Virus record (IMG/VR): IMGVR_UViG_3300017786_003484
Span: 62,001-126,000 of that record
DNA: 64,000 bases
Direction: 5' to 3' (one strand)
Position 1 is the stretch's first letter; each line of letters begins with the position of its first letter. Below, piece by piece: positions 47,958-56,369 of this stretch. The translations under genes and the position numbers were made by a program. A model generated the notes under the pieces. The model saw only the letters and a list, made by a program, of their open reading frames with translations, made no database searches and was not told the DNA's origin.

Positions 47958-48176
47958 ATGGCAATAGAACTAACAGGCAAAGTAAAATGGTTTCAAGACG
48001 CAAAAGGATGGGGTTTTATTAAACCTGACGATGGTTCCGATGATGTTTTTGCACACTATTCAGCAATTAATTCGGATGGCTTTAAATCATTAAAAGAAGG
48101 TCAAGCAGTAACATTTGAAGTAATTCAAGGTGCTAAAGGACGTCAAGCCGCCAATATCAATTTAATTGAATCTTAA
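47958..48176 (+). CDS. cspA: Cold-shock protein
   Basis: GKVKWF..KGWGFI (RNP1), DVFAHYSAI (RNP2), [20 protein letters not shown]. Confidence 0.97.
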   Translation: MAIELTGKVKWFQDAKGWGFIKPDDGSDDVFAHYSAINSDGFKSLKEGQAVTFEVIQGAKGRQAANINLIES

Positions 48177-48309
48177 GACTAACTCTCCATAAATTATAAC
48201 AATAGTAATCTTAAAGACTAAATAGATTATGGTAGTACATGTATAGGAACATAGAGTAACTATGCATATAACATCTGTTTACAGAAAATAGATAAGGCAT
48301 TAGAGATTC

Positions 48310-48807
48310 ATGAGTTTAACTGACTTCATCGACAGAAGTATAAGTCGATTTGCAAAATATTATTCTTGGTTTGCATTACTAATGGTATTGTTCGTTGTGA
48401 TCAATGTCTTGGGAAGATATTTCTTTGACATTCGCAATGATTATGCAGTTGATTCAACATGGCAATTATACGGTATGCTTATTATGTTTGGTTGCAGTTA
48501 TTCATTAGGAAAAGAAGCACATATTAGAACAGATCTGTTCTGGAACAATTATAAAGATCGTACAAAAGCAATTATTGACTTTGTAAGTTATCTCTTACTA
48601 TTCTTTCCTTCATTTGCACTTATCACATACATCAGTTTCAATGATACATCAGCCGCTATTGAGATGAACGAACGTAGTTCTGAAACAATGGCCCAGCTTA
48701 TTATATGGCCTATGAAGATTGGTATCACACTTGGTTTAGTACTTTTGATGGTACAAGCATTGAGTCAAATGATCAAATGTTATAGAAGGATTTTTATCAA
48801 TGAGTAA
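48310..48807 (+). CDS. dctQ: TRAP transporter small permease
   Basis: Four TM segments; VLGRYFF, WQLYG, HIRTDLF. Confidence 0.92.
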   Translation: MSLTDFIDRSISRFAKYYSWFALLMVLFVVINVLGRYFFDIRNDYAVDSTWQLYGMLIMFGCSYSLGKEAHIRTDLFWNNYKDRTKAIIDFVSYLLLFFPSFALITYISFNDTSAAIEMNERSSETMAQLIIWPMKIGITLGLVLLMVQALSQMIKCYRRIFINE

Positions 48808-50194
48808 TGAATGGTTAGCAATGACAATGTTATTTACAATGATTGCTGGCATATTTGTTGGAGTTCCAGTTAGTTTTACACTAACATTCTTAGCATTAAT
48901 TTTTGGATTAATGGGATTAGGATTAAGTGTGTTTGATCTCACATATCTCAACCTATTAGGAGGACTTTCAGATGAAGTGCTGATGAGTATTCCTATGTTT
49001 ATCCTTATGGGTTATGTTGCTGAACGAGCCGGACTGGTAGAGAATTTATTTGAGAGCTTAAAAAAGGTACTTGCAGGAGTTCCAGGCAACTTATACATTG
49101 TTGTTATCTGTATTGCAGTATTAATTAGTTTAGCAACAGGAGTAGTCGGAGCATCAGTAACACTATTGGGCATTATGGCCGCTCCAAGTATGATTAAGCA
49201 AGGATACGATCCTAAACTATCAGCAGGAGTAATAGCAGGAGGCGGATCTCTTATCATGATCCCTCCATCCATTCCCCTTATTGTAATGGCGCCTACAATG
49301 AATCTTAATATCATTGACGTATATGCGGCCGCAATAGGACCAGGATTAGCGATTGCATTTATGTATCTAGTATACGTTATATTCCTTATAAAAACAAAGC
49401 CAGAGGTAGCACCTATGATACCTGTGGAAGAAAGAGTAAAAGTAGATTTCAAGTTAATTCTGTTAACGTTATGGCATATTGTGCCATTAGCATCATTGAT
49501 TCTTATTACATTAGGATCAATGTTATTTGGACTAGCAACTAGCACAGAAGCTGGTGCCTTTGGTGCCTTTGGTGCTTTATGTTTAGCCGCTATTAACAGA
49601 AGATTAACTTTAACAAATATTCAAGAAGCATTATTAAAAACTACCAATACGTCGGCAGTGGTAATGTTATTAGCAATTACGTCAACAATATTTGGTGCCG
49701 TATTTGCTTCCTTGGGTGGTGACAAAATCATTGTATCAGTACTAACTTCAATGCCTATACCCGGATGGGCAATAGTTGGAGCGATATTAGTGTTATGTCA
49801 TATTTTAGGCTGGCCCTTTGAGTGGCCAGTGGTAGTGCTAGTGTTCTTACCAATTTTCTTACCAGTATTAATTGATACTGGTGTTGACTTAATTTGGTTT
49901 GCGGCCGCTTTGGGTGTTATTTTACAAACAGCATATTTAACACCTCCTGTAGCCTTAACCGGATACTACCTAAAACAGGTGGTGCCTTCGTGGGATCTTA
50001 AATTAATATTCAAAGCAATGATGCCCTTTATGTATATTCAGGTTGTTTGTGTTGTAATATTGTTTATTACACCTGGCCTTGCAACATGGTTACCTAATTA
50101 CCTAGCAGAGCAAAGAAAAAATATAGTACAAGAAGTACTAGATGAGGATGTCAAAGGACAGGAAGTCGACTTCCTAGGTGTCCTTGGACAATAA
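48800..50194 (+). CDS. dctM: TRAP transporter large permease
   Basis: GVPVSF, IPMFILMG, GVVGASV, MIPPSIPLIV, ATSTEAG, AYLTPPV..GYYLK, PGLATWLP. Confidence 0.95.
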   Translation: MSNEWLAMTMLFTMIAGIFVGVPVSFTLTFLALIFGLMGLGLSVFDLTYLNLLGGLSDEVLMSIPMFILMGYVAERAGLVENLFESLKKVLAGVPGNLYIVVICIAVLISLATGVVGASVTLLGIMAAPSMIKQGYDPKLSAGVIAGGGSLIMIPPSIPLIVMAPTMNLNIIDVYAAAIGPGLAIAFMYLVYVIFLIKTKPEVAPMIPVEERVKVDFKLILLTLWHIVPLASLILITLGSMLFGLATSTEAGAFGAFGALCLAAINRRLTLTNIQEALLKTTNTSAVVMLLAITSTIFGAVFASLGGDKIIVSVLTSMPIPGWAIVGAILVLCHILGWPFEWPVVVLVFLPIFLPVLIDTGVDLIWFAAALGVILQTAYLTPPVALTGYYLKQVVPSWDLKLIFKAMMPFMYIQVVCVVILFITPGLATWLPNYLAEQRKNIVQEVLDEDVKGQEVDFLGVLGQ

Positions 50195-50213
50195 TATTTT
50201 GGAGAATAAAAAT

Positions 50214-51308
50214 ATGAAACGTTTCATCGGAGCGATATCAGCTATCGCAATGTCATTTGGCGTAGTGGCTTCAGTAGCAACTGCAAATGCCAAAGAACTA
50301 CAGATTGCATCTAGTTTTGGAGCAATCTCAACTTTTAACGAGCAAGCAAACTTTCTTGCCGAAAGAGTTAAAGTATTAACTGACGGAAAAATTGATATGA
50401 AAATCAGACCTTCCGGCGCATTAGTTCCTTCTTTTAAGGTTCTAGATGCTACGGCGTCAGGTGCAGTAGATGGTGCATGGACTCAGTCTTATTACTGGGT
50501 AGGAAAGTCAAAGACTCTTGCATTGTTTAATAGTCCGTTGGGAGGACCTTACGGTATGGACGGGATTGATTTCCTAGGTTGGATGTTCCACGGTGGTGGA
50601 CTTGAATTGTATAACGATTTTTATCAGAATGAGTTAAAAATGGATGTACAGGCACTTCCAGCAATGCCTACTCAGAATCAGCCATTAGGTTGGTTTCATA
50701 GACCAATTAAAGATCTAGCAGATCTTAAAAACTTTAAATGTCGTCAAACTGGCGCCAACGTAGAACTTTATGCTCGTATGGGTATGCAGACTATTGGTAT
50801 GCCAGGTGGTGAGATTATGGCCGCGGCCCAAAAGGGTGTTATTAATTGTGCTGAATTCGTTGGTGGTTTAGAAGACGAACGTCTTGGATTTCCAACTGTA
50901 TGGAAATACTACTACTTGAATTCATTGCATGAGCATTCAAATACTGGTGATCTATTGATTAACGGTAAAGTGTGGCGTTCAATGACTAAGCAACAGCAGA
51001 CCGCTGTTCGTTCTGCCGCTTATGAGTCATATCTATGGTGGTTAACTGATATTCAAGCAAAAAATGGTCAAGCACTTGCTAGAATGATCAAAGAGCATGG
51101 CGTTAGAGTTATGAAGACTCCAGCAGATATTTTGGTTGCTGAGTTAGAAACTATTGACGAAATGTTAGCAGAAAATGCCGCAAAGGATCCTTATTTTGCA
51201 AAAGTACTTGCTTCTCAGAAAGCATGGGCAAAGAAAGTAGTTCCATTTAAGAACGTAGCATTTACGCCTTATAACTATGCCGCAGATTACTACTGGAAGA
51301 AAAAGTAG
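50214..51308 (+). CDS. dctP: TRAP substrate-binding protein, TakP-like subfamily, with signal peptide
   Basis: MKRFIGAISAIAMSFGVVASVATANA signal; GALVPSFKVLDA..GAVDG, YYWVGK, WMFHGGGLEL, GWF.RPI..L.DLK..KCR, AEFVG, LGF. Confidence 0.93.
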   Translation: MKRFIGAISAIAMSFGVVASVATANAKELQIASSFGAISTFNEQANFLAERVKVLTDGKIDMKIRPSGALVPSFKVLDATASGAVDGAWTQSYYWVGKSKTLALFNSPLGGPYGMDGIDFLGWMFHGGGLELYNDFYQNELKMDVQALPAMPTQNQPLGWFHRPIKDLADLKNFKCRQTGANVELYARMGMQTIGMPGGEIMAAAQKGVINCAEFVGGLEDERLGFPTVWKYYYLNSLHEHSNTGDLLINGKVWRSMTKQQQTAVRSAAYESYLWWLTDIQAKNGQALARMIKEHGVRVMKTPADILVAELETIDEMLAENAAKDPYFAKVLASQKAWAKKVVPFKNVAFTPYNYAADYYWKKK

Positions 51309-51328
51309 TTTTAAAAGCATATAACGTT

Positions 51329-51361
51329 AAAAATAGGGTGCTTTATGCATCCTATTTTTTT
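51329..51361 (+). terminator. Intrinsic terminator
   Basis: AAAAATAGGGTGC-TTTAT-GCATCCTATTTTTT. Confidence 0.8.
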
Positions 51362-51502
51362 GGCTATAACTTCTATATTTGTTATAAATGTATAAATACA
51401 CTTGGATAGATACGGTTTAATACCTTATCGGAAAAAGCCAGTTTTCTATCTCAATGTTACTTGAAGTAATATTGTTTTCTTAAGAAAAAAAAGGAGTCAA
51501 TT

Positions 51503-52441
51503 ATGACACAGAAAATTAGATGGGTTCTAGCACATGAGCCAATTGAATTATTTCTAAGAGCGGCAAAAGTTTTCGCATCAGAAGTTAATGCAAAAGCAGA
51601 AGGCGCACTAGATATTGAAGTTATGACAATGAATGAGTATTCTGCAAAGTATAATAACGGTGTTGTTGTTACTAAGCACGAACTTGTTGATATGATTAAC
51701 AGAGGCGACATTGAAATGTCCCAAACATACACAGTAGACATTGGCGAATATGATCACGAATTCCGTGCATTAGATATGCCATTCCTATTTGAGTCACACG
51801 ACCACGCAACTAAAGTGTTCGAAGGCCCAATTGGTCAGTCACTACTAGACGGATTAACAGAATCAGCTGGTGTTAAAGGTTTAGCCTTTACATACTCCGG
51901 TGGATATAGAATTATTCCTGGACAAGAAGGAATTGATACTATTGAAGATATTAGAGATCTTAAACTTCGTACTTCTTTCTCACCTGTTGCTATTGAAACA
52001 TTCAAAGCAGTTGGTGCAAACGTAGTTCCAATGGAACTAGAAGAAATGACAGATGCAATCCAAGATGCAGACATTCAAGTTGGTGAGTCTACTTACCCAC
52101 GTATCTATGCATTAGGACAAGACAGAGTTTCTAAGGTTATTAACCACACAGAACACTCATTGTTCTTAACAAGCATCTTAATCAACCAAGACTTCTTTGC
52201 AACTCTTGGTGAAGAACTACAAGGTATTGTTGTAGACGCCGCTAAAACAGCCGCTAATTACGAACGTGTAATCAGCATTGAAGACGTTGCACTTACACAA
52301 GCTAAAGCTGAAAGCGATGGCATTGAAGTTCGTAGAATGTCAACAGAAGAAAAAGCTCGTTTCAAAGCCGCTACTGCTCATGTTTATGACATGTTCCCAG
52401 AGTTAGCTGGAACAGTTAAGAAGATCCAAGATACAAAATAA
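51503..52441 (+). CDS. dctP: Second signal-less DctP-fold protein
   Basis: RGDIEM, LDMPFLFESHDH, AFTYSGGYR, DLKLRT, GANVVPM, NHTEH; SD AAGGAG directly before MTQKIRW; TATAAATA at 51391-51398. Confidence 0.88.
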   Translation: MTQKIRWVLAHEPIELFLRAAKVFASEVNAKAEGALDIEVMTMNEYSAKYNNGVVVTKHELVDMINRGDIEMSQTYTVDIGEYDHEFRALDMPFLFESHDHATKVFEGPIGQSLLDGLTESAGVKGLAFTYSGGYRIIPGQEGIDTIEDIRDLKLRTSFSPVAIETFKAVGANVVPMELEEMTDAIQDADIQVGESTYPRIYALGQDRVSKVINHTEHSLFLTSILINQDFFATLGEELQGIVVDAAKTAANYERVISIEDVALTQAKAESDGIEVRRMSTEEKARFKAATAHVYDMFPELAGTVKKIQDTK

Positions 52442-52462
52442 GATATCTTAGAACTACTATGG

Positions 52463-52490
52463 AAAAGGCGCTAATGGCGCCTTTTCTTTT
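52463..52490 (+). terminator. Intrinsic terminator
   Basis: AAAAGGCGC-TAATG-GCGCCTTTT-CTTTT. Confidence 0.8.
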
Positions 52491-52546
52491 GGGTAAATTA
52501 TCAACCAAAAAGGATTATAAGTAGAAGTAACAAAGAAGGAAATATT

Positions 52547-52771
52547 ATGGATAAAGTTTTTGTTTTAGTAATTTCAATGTGGGGACACAATGGAACAGCA
52601 TGGGAATATATTGGAAACCAATCAGTTTTAAATCAAGACATGACATTACAACAATGTCAAGTTTTGTCAGACGAAGAAAAAACTTGGACTAAGCACGATA
52701 CAAACGAGTTTTATCGTATTCAAATGCAATGCTATCCTAAGAGATGCGCCGGTCAAAAAACCTGTAAATAA
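52547..52771 (+). CDS. Small Cys-containing hypothetical protein
   Basis: 74 aa; VFVLVISMWG...TLQQC...MQCYP. Confidence 0.65.
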   Translation: MDKVFVLVISMWGHNGTAWEYIGNQSVLNQDMTLQQCQVLSDEEKTWTKHDTNEFYRIQMQCYPKRCAGQKTCK

Positions 52772-52834
52772 CAACTAACGGATGTAAGTTCTTTAACACG
52801 TTAACTAAATATTAGCAATGGATAGGAGAACATT

Positions 52835-53920
52835 ATGCCGGCAAGAAATCATAGAAATTGGTTAAAGAAACCATTAGTAGAATATGTTAGTAGCGAAATA
52901 TATTCAAGTCAAGAAATATTTGAAGAAGAAATCGAAAGTATCTTTTCAAAGGTGTGGGTACCAGTATGCCACATCAGTGAAATGTATAACAAATTAGACT
53001 ATCGAACATCACAAATTGCTGGACATAATATTATTGTGTACAATACCGGAGATGGTGTACGAGCATATCGTAATTATGGCAGTTGGGCACCTACTGGAAC
53101 ATTGCAAGCACCTATTGTAACAGTTGAACCACAACTACATAGCGAAGTAAAGCACGGAGGTATGGTATGGGTAACACTTGATCCTAATCCTACACAGAGT
53201 GTTGAAGAGTGGACAGCAGGTGCATTTGATTGCATTGCTGATGCTATTGACACAGAAGAACTAGAAATTTTTCATTATCATAAAGCAATTATTCCTACCA
53301 ACTACAAACTATGGCATGATACTAACAGTGAATTCTATCATGACTTCATGCATTACTTTAATCGTGTAACTGGTTTCAACGATGAGTATTTTGCTAGAAA
53401 GAATATTCCCTTTGATAACGGGCATGTGAACGTTAGTAGTTTTACTGTAAATTATACAGAGTTTGATAAAGAAGGCGATAGAGGTGAACTAAGTTTTCCT
53501 AACTTACCTCCAAACCAATGGTATATGGTAGATTTGTTTCCTGGCTTTAACTTTAATTTACGTGGTAGTGCATATCGTTCAGATAGTGTTACGCCACTTG
53601 GACCAAATAGTGTACTAATAGAGTTTAGAGGATACGGTTTAAAGAAAGATACTCCAGAAGAAAGACAAACTCGTATTAAACATCATAATACTATCTGGGG
53701 ACCGTTTGGCAGAAACTTACATGAAGATCTTTTAGGTGTAACCGGGCAAGGAGCATCAATGTCTCCAGGCACAGAGAAAAGAAATATTTTACATGGAAGA
53801 CATGAAAATAGTACTATACATGATGAAGTTGGTATGCGTCACTACTATGCAGAATGGGGAAAATATATGGAGTTAGATCCTAGTAATCCAATAAAAGAGG
53901 TTGACAAAAAGGCCGCATAG
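52835..53920 (+). CDS. Ring-hydroxylating oxygenase alpha-subunit homolog lacking the Rieske cluster
   Basis: IFEEE.E.IFSKVWVPVCHISE, RAYRN, GGMVWVTL, NYKLWHDTNSEFYHDFMH, LFP, HEDL, RHYYAEW; no CxH/CxxH. Confidence 0.85.
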   Translation: MPARNHRNWLKKPLVEYVSSEIYSSQEIFEEEIESIFSKVWVPVCHISEMYNKLDYRTSQIAGHNIIVYNTGDGVRAYRNYGSWAPTGTLQAPIVTVEPQLHSEVKHGGMVWVTLDPNPTQSVEEWTAGAFDCIADAIDTEELEIFHYHKAIIPTNYKLWHDTNSEFYHDFMHYFNRVTGFNDEYFARKNIPFDNGHVNVSSFTVNYTEFDKEGDRGELSFPNLPPNQWYMVDLFPGFNFNLRGSAYRSDSVTPLGPNSVLIEFRGYGLKKDTPEERQTRIKHHNTIWGPFGRNLHEDLLGVTGQGASMSPGTEKRNILHGRHENSTIHDEVGMRHYYAEWGKYMELDPSNPIKEVDKKAA

Positions 53921-53929
53921 TGTTATAAA
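53901..53929 (+). promoter_or_regulatory. Promoter of tmRNA gene
   Basis: AAAGAGG-TTGACA-17 nt-TATAAA. Confidence 0.7.
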
Positions 53930-54023
53930 TATAATACAATGGTGAAGCATAACAAACGTTGTACAGGACTCGGGGGCAGTACCCGACGCCTCCACCATAA
54001 ACACACGAACGAGGAATGGAACT

Positions 54024-54209
54024 ATAAACAGTTTTAAAGATAAGTGTAGAATATTTTATATCGTTAAAGGTCATCTTAACGTATCTACACAAACAATAGA
54101 AGATTGTTACGATTATTATTTTAGAAGAATGTGGAATAATAACGAGTGTTACATATACGAAGAAGGTTTTGAAGAATCGTATCGTGTTTTTATGATGGGG
54201 GCGAAATAG
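54024..54209 (+). CDS. Putative 61-aa protein in the tmRNA intervening segment (not in ORF track)
   Basis: Stop-free frame (I/M)NSFKDKCRIFYIVKGHLNVSTQTIEDCYDYYFRRMWNNNECYIYEEGFEESYRVFMMGAK*; SD GAGGA 8 nt before an ATA; no in-frame ATG until codon 37. Confidence 0.55.
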   Translation: MNSFKDKCRIFYIVKGHLNVSTQTIEDCYDYYFRRMWNNNECYIYEEGFEESYRVFMMGAK

Positions 54210-54282
54210 GATCGACTGGCAAGTAGTAGGAATGTGGAGTTGTCCGGATGTAAGCTCGGTTAACGCGAACAAAACGATAATT

Positions 54283-54327
54283 GCAAACGATAATTTTGCA
54301 TCTGAGGATTTTGCCCTAGCGGCTTAG
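54283..54327 (+). other. tmRNA proteolysis-tag reading frame ANDNFASEDFALAA*
   Basis: GCA AAC GAT AAT TTT GCA TCT GAG GAT TTT GCC CTA GCG GCT TAG; ANDN start and ALAA end. Confidence 0.93.
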
Positions 54328-54381
54328 TTACTCTGGGCGGGTACTGCCTGGAAACAGAAGTGCCACTTAAAGTGAATAACA

Positions 54382-55107
54382 ATGATTGAAAATTTCTATA
54401 CAAGTGACTTTTTAAAGATTCGGTATATGTCTTCTCCGCAAGAACGATCCTCAAATAGAGTACTAATATGGTTTTCTGGAATAGCTGGAGCACTTGGCTC
54501 AAAAGCAAGACCAAGTGGATTTTTTAAAAGTTTAAACATTGATTCAATTATTTGGGTAGATGAGAAAGCACCTTTCTCTTGGGGCAATAGTATAGATATT
54601 GAAGAACTTTGTAAAACACTTCTGCCTCTAACAAAAAATAAAGAATTACTATTTTTTGGAAATTCAATGGGAGGTTTTCTAGCAATATTACTTTCTAAGT
54701 ATCTTAAACCTATAAAGGTTATTACAATGAATCCTCAATATAGTGTTCATCCTGATATAATATTAGAAAAGAGATGGCCTGAGTTTATCAATGTAATTAC
54801 ACAGTTTAAACACAAAGATCTGACTAACAGTTTTATTCCTGATACTGATTATGCAATAATGTTTGGCGTTGATGATCAGGACGAATTGCATTTTAGGTTA
54901 TTCAATACCCACCGTAATCTTCCAAATGTACAGATTATTAAATTTTTAGATTACAAAACTAACTTAGATAATGCCGCACATCAGGCAGGGGTATATCTTA
55001 ATAGACTTGGCATCTTCCGTGATGTTATTGCAAACTTTTATAATAGTAAATCACTGAAAGAAATTTTTATAAAAAACTCCGTTAGATATACAGGGCTGAA
55101 ACATTAA
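54382..55107 (+). CDS. Alpha/beta hydrolase-fold protein
   Basis: LIWFSG, FFGNSMGGFLA (GxSxG), MNPQYS. Confidence 0.7.
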   Translation: MIENFYTSDFLKIRYMSSPQERSSNRVLIWFSGIAGALGSKARPSGFFKSLNIDSIIWVDEKAPFSWGNSIDIEELCKTLLPLTKNKELLFFGNSMGGFLAILLSKYLKPIKVITMNPQYSVHPDIILEKRWPEFINVITQFKHKDLTNSFIPDTDYAIMFGVDDQDELHFRLFNTHRNLPNVQIIKFLDYKTNLDNAAHQAGVYLNRLGIFRDVIANFYNSKSLKEIFIKNSVRYTGLKH

Positions 55108-55156
55108 TACTAACTAGTATAAAGAAAACTTTTTGAAAAAATAGGAGAAGTAAGAT

Positions 55157-55924
55157 ATGAAAAAGACCATTGATGTGTATGACGGGCTTATTAGTAAAGA
55201 ACTACAACACGAAATACACGAATATGCACTTAATCATACATGGTATAGTGCATTACGTCATAACTGTGATTATGATGCTACAGTAGATCCACTAAACAAT
55301 GAATTAGGCGAAGGCGAACGAGGAATTATCCGACATCCGTATGGTAATAGTACTGATATGGTAAAAACTAGGCATCCGTTAATCTATAAACTGTTTCAAG
55401 AAATAAATGATAAAGTACTAGGAGGCAAAGCAGATATTGATGGTATAAAAGAAGATATTGGCGGACTTCGAAGTGGCAAGAACGTTTATAGTGACGGACA
55501 AAACTTCTTCCAAAAATACGATTATGACAATACTATTAAAGGTTGGACATGTTATATGAATGCAAAATGTCAGGCTCCAAAGAAATCATTGAAACCAGGA
55601 ATAGGATACATTCACAGAGATAGCGGCCCTGATTACGTTGATAAGACTAACTATGCAACTGTACTATTTGTTACTAATCCAAAATGGTTGCCAAGTTGGG
55701 GCGGAGAATATAACTTTTTTGGAGATGATTTAGATGGTGCTGAAATACATTCTAAGTACGGCTATCCCATAGGATTTCCAACAAACATTGTTGGTCATAA
55801 ACCAGGTAGAATAATTGTATATAGACACGATCAAAATCATATAAGTCTTCGTATAGCACCAGATGCTGAAGGAATGCCTGTTAGGGTGGCATTTAGGGTA
55901 AACTTGAATGATGATAATGAATAA
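55157..55924 (+). CDS. 2OG-Fe(II) oxygenase
   Basis: IHRDSG (HxD), TVLF..NPKW..SWGGE, KPGRIIVY....H, RVAF. Confidence 0.85.
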   Translation: MKKTIDVYDGLISKELQHEIHEYALNHTWYSALRHNCDYDATVDPLNNELGEGERGIIRHPYGNSTDMVKTRHPLIYKLFQEINDKVLGGKADIDGIKEDIGGLRSGKNVYSDGQNFFQKYDYDNTIKGWTCYMNAKCQAPKKSLKPGIGYIHRDSGPDYVDKTNYATVLFVTNPKWLPSWGGEYNFFGDDLDGAEIHSKYGYPIGFPTNIVGHKPGRIIVYRHDQNHISLRIAPDAEGMPVRVAFRVNLNDDNE

Positions 55925-55973
55925 TTAGAAAGTAACATTAGTTACATACACACACAGAAAAGGAGACATAACA

Positions 55974-56255
55974 ATGTCTGATACAATCAAAAACTATAAT
56001 GATGCTATGAGTGCATCATTCCCTAAGGTAACATTCAATAAGAATGGATACGAAATCCGCACACAAGTTCTTGAAATGGCAAAAGAACAAGAATGGAATG
56101 ACTTTCATGCTAAACTTCAAGCATGGGAACAAACAGTGGTGCGTGATCCAGACACATCAGAGGTAGTATCAACAACTTTATTACCTTCAGTCCCAGGCGT
56201 ATCCGCAATTCTTGAGACCGCTGAAGAGTTTTATAACTTCATTAATAAGAAATAA
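55974..56255 (+). CDS. Small phage hypothetical protein
   Basis: KNGYEIRTQVLEMAK...ILETAEEFYNFI; SD AGGAG. Confidence 0.75.
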   Translation: MSDTIKNYNDAMSASFPKVTFNKNGYEIRTQVLEMAKEQEWNDFHAKLQAWEQTVVRDPDTSEVVSTTLLPSVPGVSAILETAEEFYNFINKK

Positions 56256-56369
56256 AACTTTTAAAACAACTCTGCCATCTTTAGTAGATTAGCAGTAGAA
56301 ACTGACGGTAGCTAGAAATCCGATTACAAAAAAAGTAGCATTATAAAAGGGGTGGTTACCAAATAAACC

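Larger units (their letters stand above)
53936..54366 (+). ncRNA. ssrA: Circularly permuted (two-piece) tmRNA, alphaproteobacterial type
   Basis: Acceptor piece ends GAC-TCGGG-GGCAGTA-CCCGA-CGCCTCC-ACCA (53967-53997). Coding piece starts GGGGGCG-AAATAGGATCGAC (54197). The 7-bp acceptor stem has G3.U. Tag ORF and a 3' pseudoknot follow. Outer ends are approximate. Confidence 0.95.

Noticed and set aside
683-48951. Numerous 60-160 aa opposite-strand or alternate-frame ORFs in the track (e.g. 683, 2014, 14605, 30779, 49012)
   Set aside because: They lie wholly within well-supported genes and show shadow-ORF composition.
51400-51490. Riboswitch in the leader of the second signal-less dctP
   Set aside because: Only weak pairing (GATAGA/TCTATC, GGT/ACC); no recognisable SAM-II/V, TPP, glycine or cobalamin consensus.
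53960-53997. tRNA gene or attachment-site fragment ending in CCA
   Set aside because: No D or anticodon arm upstream; it pairs with GGGGGCG at 54197 and is the acceptor piece of a permuted tmRNA.
53880-54514. Minus-strand ORFs 53880-54272 and 54260-54514 in the track
   Set aside because: Antisense to the tmRNA and adjacent genes, with no SD or protein-like motifs.
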